DNA of 63,392 nucleotides, the filler included, from Octopus bimaculoides (Eukaryota), in NCBI RefSeq assembly GCF_001194135.2. It is 3 parts of 3 records of this genome, joined end to end, with 100 filler letters (N's around TTAATTAATTAA, not from the genome) between each part and the next. Parts side by side here need not be neighbours in the genome. Positions count along the whole stretch, not along the records: positions 50,039 to 63,392 come from NC_068990.1; 2 more parts are not named here. One strand, 5' to 3'. Of this stretch, positions 53,001-63,392 are shown one piece after another (the stretch's first letter is position 1; each line of letters begins with the position of its first letter). The notes below the pieces were generated by a model. It saw only the letters and a list, made by a program, of their open reading frames with translations, did not search any database and was not told the origin of the DNA. A program made the translations under genes and the position numbers.

Positions 53001-54082
53001 ATTTTTCGTTTTCTTTGTTTCTTGTTAACGTAATTCATTCTTTTTTCTCTATTTTTGTTTTTTTGTATTTTTAATTTTTTCTCTTTTCTTCTTGTAAAAA
53101 ACTATATTGCTCAATATATCTAGTCTTAAAAAATTAGAAAGCATTATATCAAGAAACATAACTATAGCAGTATATTTGCAGAGTTATTTCCCTTGAATTC
53201 ATTGCAGTGAATAGCAAACTAGATGTTAACTACCTTTTTGTTTAGCGCACAAATCCCCATCGAATCAGTCACAGCCATCTGCATTGAAATTTTTTCTTGT
53301 ACTTACAGTATGTTTAAAAAAATCACACTGGATGATCACCGTTGGAATGTCTTTGACAATAAGACTGCTGGAGGAAAGCTGAGTAAGGATTAAACAATAG
53401 CAACTTAGTAATACACGTGTTACTGTGTTATCGTTGTGTCAATCTGTCTGCCTGTCTGTCTGCCTGCCTCCATAATGTCTTTCCGTCGTCTGACTCACAT
53501 TTTCTCTGTGTGTGTGTGAGTGTGCGTGCGCGCGCGCGTTTCTTTGCATTTACTCAAAGAAATACCATTTTTCTTACCAGGCTCGTATTAATAGGGAAAA
53601 TGACGAGGTTAGTATTCATTATCCGGTAGAATAAACAGTTTACATCGCCGTCGTGTGTGCATCCGACGCCATATTTTGGATGGATGAATAGATGGATGGA
53701 TGGATGGATTTGTGTGTGTGTATGTGCGTGTGTGTGTGTTTACATGAATAGCTAAGTCGTTTTTGCAGCGGTTTTAAAATACCTCTTTTGTTTATGCTAT
53801 GTTCCGTAACTCAGTGATTAAACATACAGATATTGATAAAATAAATATCAGAAGAAAATAAATGTTGTCAATAGATCTACTAAAGGCCCTCTTGAAAGCG
53901 GTGCCCCAGCATGGCCGCAGACTAATTTGTAGAACCACAGTAATTACAAAAGAATAAACGAATGCACGCATACGTGACTACATTTACCTACAGTGATTTC
54001 GGTACTTCATTGGTCCTTTGTTTTATTGATCCCGAGGGTGGAGTGGGGAGAAGTGTGAAGTTGACCTTGAATTTTTATAATT

Positions 54083-54240
54083 GCTTAATCCATCATCAAA
54101 ATGGTATTTTCTATTATACTTACCTATTTGCTTTGCTAAATTCTTAATGTGAAATCGTGTATTGAAACAAATATTGTTATATTTGGAGATCGTCATTAGG
54201 CCAATAAAGACGTCCTATTTATTTGGTCTTTATTATTAGC
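54083..54240. repeat. Dispersed AT-rich repeat of about 160 bp, second copy at 58281-58440
   Basis: ccatcatcaaaatggtattttcta...cgtcctatttatttggtct shared between both copies. Confidence 0.85.
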
Positions 54241-57200
54241 TTATTTGTCAGAGTTCTTTCGTAACACATTCTGTAACCTCTTCAACGACTACCTTCCCTC
54301 TGGTCTTGTCCTAGGCAGGATTTCTCCAAAATTTAAGGAACATCAACACGATATCGAGTAAATAGTATTAATTCCATCACGCATGTCTGTATTCTGTCCT
54401 TGTCTACAGGAAACTTTATGGAGTTTTGTAAATTTTCTCGAATAGGTGGTCTCATCGATCTAATGTACTCATATTCTGAATTTCTGAATCTAGAATGAGA
54501 CATCTTTCTTAGAAATAGCTAGAAAGTCTCATACTTTATAGAATTTGAAAGTTATTTTATTACCAATAAATGCAACATACAGGTTTTGGTCTTGAACAAA
54601 GAACTCATACTGTATCTGCCCTGATATATTTCACATGCATCTTTTCTTACAAATCGTTCCATAACAATTTACTAACTCCAGAAATTGACGAGGTTTGCTT
54701 CATTTTTAAATATATGTCGTAGGTCGCTACTATAAATTATTTCTTCCTAATCATAAATTATATTACATAGCAGTTTCTTTACGTCCAATTTGGCTAAATC
54801 CTCGGACTCATACACTGTTTATCAATATCATTACTGGATGATATAGACACTACTTGAACGCATTTCAGTTCTAGCACTATGCCAAATTCCTTAAAACCTT
54901 GTCTACCTCAAATAGGCAGTTTAGCAGACCCTTAGTTCTAAAGAAATTGTGACTGACTAAATCTGAGCATATATTGTCTTTATCGGAAGTGAATCTTGCA
55001 TACATTTTCTCGGCATTGTTTGTAGGTATTTCGATTGCTCTCTGTATCACCGTCTTCGAGAAACACGATTCTTTAAAGACATCATTGGTACTTCTAAGTT
55101 TGTCTTCAATAAGAATTTTGATTTCAATTACTTCCAATTGAAATCAGAGTCATTATCAACGGATTCTTGTAGTTTCATGTTACGCTTTTGTTGTTGGACG
55201 GATGCTCCAACGTAGCCTCAGCTATGATAGCTACAAAAATCTAAAGAACTCTGAACTCCTTTAGATTTTGTAGTATAAGTGTCTTATGATTAATATTTCA
55301 GACATTACATTTCATCTGACAACTGAAAAATATCATTGCTAAAAATATCACCGCTAAAGATAAAAAGATAAATAAATCTTTAAAATAATAAATAAATAGA
55401 ATAACATAAAATACATGAAAATAAAGATAAACGCTAAACGTGACATCCATTTACATATAGATGAACTACAGTTAATTTCAACTATAATTAAGAAGTTGGT
55501 AGACTGTATAAGTAAATTTTCTTATCTAGCTGCACAACAAAAATATTTTCAAAGAGGTTGCTCCTATAACAACCATACACTAACAAGAATTGGTTTTAGT
55601 GAAAAACTAATATGCAAGGAATAATTTCCATACTACAGTGGAGCCCTCCGCAAAGAAATAGAAAAAAAAGGAACAAAATTTAGTTTAGTCCATCATTCAA
55701 CATGAAAGCAGCTACAAATATAACCAGTGATTCTTTTGCCAATAGTATGATTTGATTTTCCAGCTACTCATAAATAACAAACTTATTAACACCAGTAACA
55801 TTAAAGTGAACTATTCTTGTCTTGACAATATAACTTTCCACATCAACAATACAATAGCCTAATATATACACTCAGACAATCCTTATTTAACAAGATGATA
55901 CCGAAGCTGTCGGAAAAATAAATCATCATGAACTTCCTGATGCACTTGCATTTCCTGGCCTCTTGTGCCATCGAAAAATATACGCTCGATTCACAAAATT
56001 CAATACATAAGCAGTTCGGGCTATTTCATGAGCTTCTGTAACATTTATTGCTGAGTTTAAAACAAAACTTCATTGCATAGTAAGCTCCCAGATTTTCTTC
56101 ACTTCTCGACTACATCTGTTCAAAGTGTGGTTGCAGCAGTCTCCTTCAATCTGGAATAACAAAAGTTGGTACGTCCACTGATTAGGTGTATAGTAATGAT
56201 AAACTATAATTAAAATAATCTAGGACAGTTATAACTGCCTCTCTCAAAAAAATCTAAAAAAACTTCTGGAATGCACCTCGTATGTTTATACGTATGTCTA
56301 TATGTATATTTATTTACATGTGTATCAGACGATTTAGTGCCAATGATGTAACTAGACACAAATTACGAAACAGCTGTCTACTCTTCGTAAGGAGTAAACA
56401 CCTTTTCTCTCACTTCTCTTATTTGGTTAATTACACACACACACACACTCACATACACATAAACACACACACGCACACACAAACATACACACATACCATA
56501 TACTTTCACATGGTTTTCGGCTATCAAATTTACTCATAAAGCATTGCTCGGCCTGGGGCTAAAGTGGAAGACACTCATCCACGACGCCATGCTCTGAGAT
56601 TCAACCCGAAGCACACAGTTGCAAAACAAGCTTCTTAACCACGAAGTCATTCCTGATTATATTTCTCAAATATTATGTCCCAATCATGAAAAATATATGA
56701 GCATGTTACACTGATTGAGGTAAGATGAAGAAATTGCTCAACGTGCAAATTACACTTCGGAACATCAATCTTCTTAATGTTAACATCTGCAAGAAAGACT
56801 TTAAGCTTCTTTGATAGAATGTCGCCGTCTGAATATCTTTGAATAAATATCTCATTTATCCAAAGCTAGATATATTATTATTTTCTCTCTCTCTCGTAGA
56901 TTATCCTATAATCACTAGTTACTTCACTCTCTCTTTCTCCCCCCCCCCGCCACATCATCTCTCTCTGTCATGAAAATAGAAATCTAAACATTCTTCTCTT
57001 GGACAAGTTTCGTTCTCAGTAACCGGAGCAACCAAAACTCGTTCTCTAGTTTTTATTCCGTTTAGATCGATGAAGTTAATACAGAACCTGAAACGTTTAA
57101 TTATCTTGGATGTATTTTACCAGTTTCTATTCTCACCGTTTCATACACCATAACTATTCAGAGACCCCTGCTTTTTTTCTTTTTCTTTTTCTATTCTTAA

Positions 57201-58599
57201 TTCAGCTTCTAATCAGTCGTTACGGATCATTTCCTCAGCATTCGACATAATCACAACGTACAGCTTTTTTCGTTTTTAAGTTAGCTAAATGCTTTAACTC
57301 ATACACCATATATCGATAGATAAGTGTGTGATACTGGTATTACTTCAACATTTTTCCCTTTAAATTAAACGATATAACAAATCCTGTTATCCTATAATCC
57401 ATATGATGTTTCGGCAAAGGAAACATTATCTACAAACTCAGAAAAAATATTCATGCATTATCTGTAACTACGAAGTGTTAATAGATCGCCATCCCCTACA
57501 AACCCTTCGACTAGTCATTACTATCCAACATGCCCTAAGCGTACTCTCCATGGTTTAGTCAGAGCCAGAAGGTAGGTAGCAGCTTTGAATGTTCTGATGG
57601 AAATATAATATCCTTTCTAATTTTGGCACAAGGCCAGCAATTTTGGGGAATCAGGTAAGTCGTTTACATTGATCCCAGTGGCTCAACTAGTTCTTATTTT
57701 ATCGACCACGAAATGATTAAACGCAAAGTCGACCTCGGCGGAATTTGAAACCAGGACTTAAAGGACGGGCGATATGCCGCCAAGTATTTTGCCCGGCGCG
57801 CTATTGATTCGGCCATCCCGCAGCATCTGTTGAGAACATTATATATTGGTTTCAAATTTTGGCACAGAGCCATCAATTTCGGTGGGAGGGAATAATAAGT
57901 CGATTACATCGACTCTGTGCTTAACTGGGACTTATTTTATCAACCCTGAAGAATGAAAGGCAAAATCGACCTCGGCGGAATTTGAACTCAGAGCATAAAG
58001 ACGGACAAAATGCCGTTGAGCATTTTGCCTTGTGTGCTAACGATTCTTCCACTCCGCCACTTTTGTTGGGAACGTTATATATTAAGATATCAAGCTAGTC
58101 CAGGATGAATCCAAGTATTTACGACAGAGTAGGCTCCGCCAAAGGTACCCGAATGCCGCGAATTGGTATTAAATGGAGTAATGTAATTAGCTTTGCTTGG
58201 TAATTAATTTTCCTTGTAGGGTAGCTAGGAGAGAGAGAGGGGGCGAGAGGATGGTCTGTCTGGGTGACGCCTTTTATAATTGATTAACCCATCATCAAAA
58301 TGGTATTTTCTATAATACTTATCTATTTGTTTTGCTAAATTTTTAATGTAAAATCGTGTGTTGAAACGAATATTGTTATATTTGGAGATGGTCATTATGC
58401 CAATAAACACGTCCTATTTATTTGGTCTGGTCTTTATTAGTATTATTGGCTGACTTGTCGACCCGTGACGACCCGTGGAGTGGGGACGTAAACTCAAGTG
58501 CTACCCAGGGCAGCTTTCACTAGCTACACATATGGGTCTCATCTGGTGGTGGGGTGGGGTGGGGTACTGTGGGGCATATGATCTCTGAGTGTCCAAAGA

Positions 58600-59030
58600 A
58601 GATGTTGTTGTTCAAATTATCTGTAACAAATTGGTTTAATTTCAACAATACATAAAATAGTCTAACAGTTTTAGCTTTTAATTACAATTCCTTAATAATA
58701 TTTGATTATAAAAATATAAGATTTTTTAAAACATCGAACGGTTATGAGGGTCCATCAGACTAGAATAAGAAACATAGGGCCCCAAAGGTAAAAAGTGGTT
58801 GAGAAACCCTGATCTACGCCATTGTATCCACACGCCGTCTCACTACTTTCCACAACAATATCAGACACCAGAGATCAATGGTTATCAACAGAGGGTCCTT
58901 ATGGCGCTTAGAAGTCCATATGGCCCTTGGGGGTCCATATAAGATATTTTTGTTAAAATTTAAATGCAATAAATTGGTTATGCCTCTACAATACACAAAA
59001 TATCTCAACAATTTTTTATGGCTGCAATCA
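58600..59030. mobile_element. hAT-like MITE fragments
   Basis: ggttgagaaaccctg terminus at about 58797-58811 and a (t)ggtt.tcaac start at about 58877. A similar terminus ggttgagaaacgctg is at about 10832-10846. Confidence 0.4.
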
Positions 59031-59595
59031 AATGACTGAAGCAAGTAAAAGAATAAAAGAATTAAAAAACAAAACAGTAAGCTACACCATTGCGTGTCCC
59101 CATTCTCATTCACCACTTTCCAGAACAATGCCAGACATCAGCGATATTCTCCTAATTAGATCAATGACACACGTATTTACATAGTTTGTATAAACACTTC
59201 AGTTACCGCCACCCACCACCTCATCAGTCATTTCTTCTCTTTTCTCGCCCTCCTGGTCTGGTCCTAACACAGACAACTTCCCGATTGTGAAATTACAACA
59301 GGTTTCCTTCTATTTTCAAACATTGTTACTTAATTTAACTGAATGAAGGATGGCTTCTTTTACGCTAGTCTGTCACGTTAAATGAATCCCTGTAGCTTGC
59401 TAATTATTGATGCTGAAATAATGCTGCTCATCACCACGACAACGACGACGACGATGATGACGATGATGATGACGACGACGATGGCATTACTGATGTTGTT
59501 GTTGTTGTTGTTAATGATGATGACGATGTCTACGACGACTACGATGATGATGATTGTAGTGATGATGACGACGACGATGATACTGGTGGTGGAGG

Positions 59596-59635
<40 letters not shown>

Positions 59636-59877
59636 AACGACGACGACGACGAGGGAGAAGAGGAAGAAGAAGAAGAAGAAGAAGAAGAAAAAGAAGAAAA
59701 AGAAGAGGAGGAGGAGGAGGAGGGTGTGAATCAAAACGGCTGAGTTAAGGAAAGAGAGGGAGAAAGAAGAAGAAGAAGAAGAAGAAGAAGAAGAGTGAGG
59801 AGGAAGAAAGAAAGAAAGAAAACTGGAACAAGAATATGTAGGCGGCAGAAAGAAAATAAACATCACAATTATTAGGA

Positions 59878-60130
59878 ACATCCAGTGTCCGGGTATTGCT
59901 GACTTGTGGAGCTTTGTCGAACAGCTGTTGTCGTATGTAGGACGGATCCGGTCATCGACCGAGTCCATCGTAAGGATCACACCCGCCACCTGCTTTTGGC
60001 CGGGAAGGGCAGTCAGTTTTCCTCTGTCTGCTAGCTTATGGCGAAAGAGGTTGTGTGGTGGACGAGGCTGAAAGGACTGAAGACAGATACCTTTCGTTTT
60101 CGGCCAAACCTTCATCGATTTTTTCAAGTT
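59878..60130 (+). mobile_element. L1/Tx1 ORF2 C-terminal fragment
   Basis: QCPGIADLWSFVEQLLSYVGRI is homologous to QCPGIIGLWIFCEQLLTRVGRI at about 63050-63125 on the minus strand. Confidence 0.75.
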
Positions 60131-60556
60131 CGACAATGAAAGGATGAAAGGTAAAGTTGAGCTCGGCGGAATTTGAACTCCGAACGTAAAGTAAAGATGG
60201 ACGAAATGCGGCAAAGCATTGCTAACGACTCTTATTTCTTTATTGCCCACAAGGGGCTAAACATAGAGGGAACAAACAAGGACAGACGAACGGATTAAGT
60301 CGATTACATCGACCCCAGTGCGTAACTGGTATTTAATTTATAGACCCCGAAAAGATGAAAGGCAAAGTCGACCTCGGCGGAACTTGAACTCAGAACGTAA
60401 AGACAGACGAAATACTGTTAAGCATTTCGCCCGGCATGCTAACGTTTCTTATTTCTTTATAGCCCACAAGGGGCTAAACATAGAGGGGGCAAACAAAGAC
60501 AGACAAAGGGATTAAGACGATTACATCGAACCCAGTGCGTAACTGGTACTTAATTT
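60120..60556 (-). mobile_element. Head-to-tail tandem of family B SINE units running into a gap
   Basis: Core at 60120-60230, full unit at 60230-60450 and a new tail at 60450-60556. Confidence 0.85.
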
Positions 60557-61369
60557 NNNNNNNNNNNNNNNNNNNNNNNNNNNNNNNNNNNNNNNNNNNN
60601 NNNNNNNNNNNNNNNNNNNNNNNNNNNNNNNNNNNNNNNNNNNNNNNNNNNNNNNNNNNNNNNNNNNNNNNNNNNNNNNNNNNNNNNNNNNNNNNNNNNN
60701 NNNNNNNNNNNNNNNNNNNNNNNNNNNNNNNNNNNNNNNNNNNNNNNNNNNNNNNNNNNNNNNNNNNNNNNNNNNNNNNNNNNNNNNNNNNNNNNNNNNN
60801 NNNNNNNNNNNNNNNNNNNNNNNNNNNNNNNNNNNNNNNNNNNNNNNNNNNNNNNNNNNNNNNNNNNNNNNNNNNNNNNNNNNNNNNNNNNNNNNNNNNN
60901 NNNNNNNNNNNNNNNNNNNNNNNNNNNNNNNNNNNNNNNNNNNNNNNNNNNNNNNNNNNNNNNNNNNNNNNNNNNNNNNNNNNNNNNNNNNNNNNNNNNN
61001 NNNNNNNNNNNNNNNNNNNNNNNNNNNNNNNNNNNNNNNNNNNNNNNNNNNNNNNNNNNNNNNNNNNNNNNNNNNNNNNNNNNNNNNNNNNNNNNNNNNN
61101 NNNNNNNNNNNNNNNNNNNNNNNNNNNNNNNNNNNNNNNNNNNNNNNNNNNNNNNNNNNNNNNNNNNNNNNNNNNNNNNNNNNNNNNNNNNNNNNNNNNN
61201 NNNNNNNNNNNNNNNNNNNNNNNNNNNNNNNNNNNNNNNNNNNNNNNNNNNNNNNNNNNNNNNNNNNNNNNNNNNNNNNNNNNNNNNNNNNNNNNNNNNN
61301 NNNNNNNNNNNNNNNNNNNNNNNNNNNNNNNNNNNNNNNNNNNNNNNNNNNNNNNNNNNNNNNNNNNNN

Positions 61370-61400
<31 letters not shown>

Positions 61401-61472
61401 ACTTTACGATGAAAGTAAACAAACAAAGTTTGTTTTTAGAAGCGTTGAGATGTATTGTAAAATACAGAAATA

Positions 61473-62200
61473 AAATTAATTTCGAACCGGATTACCTTTT
61501 GAGTAAGTATCTTTTTCTCCCAATTTTACTAGGAAAATGGCATCAGCTAGATTATGATTCCATCGCAGGTAATTGGGTGAAAGAAAGCTTCTTCCTCAGA
61601 CATTTTAACAGTCTTTTTTTAACAGACGACATATTTTTGTGTGAAAGTAGCTATTTTGATCGTTGTTTGCAGTGCAAGGTGGACGCCGAAGAAGTAGCGA
61701 GAAGACACGGTCACAATGGTAGAGCTGACCCATTTATTTTCAAGCTCGAAAATTCATTTAAGAAAAAACAAAGTATAAATTAAAGAGAGTTGACAGATGC
61801 TCAATGGAAAACACACTTACAAAAAATAAAAAAAAGTGTTGAATAAAATAACTGAAATATAAAAACCTATAATTATTATAAACAATACAAACACTAGCGA
61901 TAGTACCAGTAGGAAGACGTTTTATTTTTGGCAGATTTTATTAATGAAGAATTGTTCGATATAATGTAGAGAAAATGTATGGACCTGCAAGCGCATAGGC
62001 GTGAGTATGTGGTGAGAATAGCTACTCTCACACAAAAATATGTCGTCTGTTAACAAAAGACTGTTAAAATGTTTGAGGAAGAAGCTTTCTTTCACCCAAT
62101 TACCTTCAATGGAATCATAATCTCGCTGATGCCATTTTCCTAGTAAAATTGGGAGAAAAAAGATATTTACTCAAAAGGTAATCCGGTTCGAAATTAATTT
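61473..62200. mobile_element. MITE/foldback-like element with TIRs of about 185 bp
   Basis: 61473-61655 is the reverse complement of 62018-62200 with few mismatches. Non-coding AT-rich interior. Confidence 0.88.
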
Positions 62201-62509
62201 TTCTTGGGAACACTGATACAAACATCGATTCGAGTGAACAGTCAGTAACACTAATAATAATGTTTTGTATTGATATAAGAAAAAAAAGTGGGTGGGAGAG
62301 ATTAGTGGATTATATCGACCGAAGTACTTGACTGGTACTTAATCTACCTTGAAAGATTAAAGGCTTAAAGGATTAAAGTTGACTTTGGTTGGATCTGAAG
62401 TCAGAAGGCAAAATGTCTGAACAAATACCACAAGGCATTTTGTCAGATGCTCTAATGAACTTTCAATGATGATGATGATGATGATGAGGATGAGGATGAT
62501 GATGATGAT

Positions 62510-63359
62510 AATCGTTTCTTTATTGGCCACGAGGGCCAATCACAAAAGCAAATGGAGACAATATAAAACAAGGGACACGTGTGGTTTAACACAAAAATCG
62601 CGTAAACAATAAAATAACAAAACAATTAAAAATACAATTAAACAATAAAATTCCCCAAAAGTGGGGACTTCATCCCAGGGGCAAGTGAGGAACCCCACCA
62701 CATCCTCGTTATCCCAACCTCCAGGTGCATCTCAGCAGGTGCCTCTCATTCACAGCCCCTCCAGTTCATGTTCTGAGTAGGCCCATTCATACGGGCCATC
62801 TTGGCCGCGTTCACCCAATTTTCAACAAAAATACTGGGGGTGCAGAACTTCCCTCTCCACCCACAGTTTTCTTTTCAAGTGGAACTTTAAAAAATCGATG
62901 AGAGCTTGGCCGAAGAGGAAGGTATCTATTTTCGGTCCTTTCAGTTTCGTCCACCACACTACCTCTTTCGCCGTAGCCACCAGACAGAAGAAAGCTGCCT
63001 TTCCTTCCCGACCAAAGGAAGGCGGCAGGCCAGCTTCACGATGGACTTGGCTGATAACTGGATCCGTCCTACACGCGTTAACAGCTGTTCGCAAAAGATC
63101 CATAAGCCAATAATGCCTGGACACTGAACGAGTTGCATGCAGGACGGTTTCGTCGCCCTGCACACATCTTGGACAGGTACGTCTGACAACACTTCCGTGT
63201 CTGTAGAGCTTGTCTGGAACTGGTAATGCTCCCCGGTAACACTACCAGGCCAGGTATTTCTTGAAATTATCCATAGGCACTAACCTAAAATTTCTTCGGA
63301 AAGAATACAACTAATTGATTCCTCCCGAGGCCCAGAGTTTCACCCAGGACGTCGTTGCT

Positions 63360-63360
<1 letters not shown>
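62510..63360 (-). mobile_element. L1/Tx1-clade LINE 3' end (CCHC-type C-terminus and 3' UTR)
   Basis: Frameshifted RC.QGDETVLH..VQCPG...AKEVVWWTKLKG...FLKFHLKRKLWVERE. The 3' end has AATAAA and abuts a (GAT)n tract. Confidence 0.8.

Positions 63361-63392
<32 letters not shown>

Noticed and set aside
58547-58574. G-quadruplex-like run GGGG-T-GGGG-T-GGGG-TACTGT-GGGG
   Set aside because: Present, but isolated and with no functional context visible.
59378-60250. 290-aa minus-strand ORF
   Set aside because: Chimera of SINE, antisense L1 and trinucleotide repeats.

Overview
AT-rich, microsatellite-dense eukaryotic scaffold DNA with many N-gaps. The SINE families, repeat landscape and simple-repeat density suggest a coleoid cephalopod, most likely Octopus; this is inference from recognition, not a search result. 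The only convincing host gene is a minus-strand, multi-exon single-pass membrane receptor (at least 4790-24428). It has FnIII-like ectodomain exons, a transmembrane exon and a SEFIR/TIR-like last exon, and looks like a divergent IL-17-receptor-like gene. Its 5' end was not found; candidate non-coding first exons lie near 53.3-53.7 kb. The rest is transposon debris: R4/Dong-like LINE pieces inside trinucleotide microsatellites, a Penelope-like element (RT plus GIY-YIG), RTE, L1/Tx1 and CR1/L2 fragments, a full-length decayed mariner, two maT-like (DD37D) elements, a piggyBac, a long-TIR MITE and dozens of tRNA-derived SINEs. The most interesting signals are these. (1) An intact minimal type I hammerhead ribozyme at 7550-7594 whose 5' strand is sequestered by an overlapping 18-bp hairpin, giving a switch-like layout. 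(2) A neighbouring tRNA-head/(TAA)n/hammerhead composite retroelement. (3) Three long inverted-repeat structures (about 1.3 kb, 0.9 kb and 0.7 kb) that would form dsRNA. (4) Orphan exon-like cassettes that would truncate the receptor before its membrane anchor. All most ORF-track entries are translations of simple repeats or N-runs. No searches or folding programs were run.
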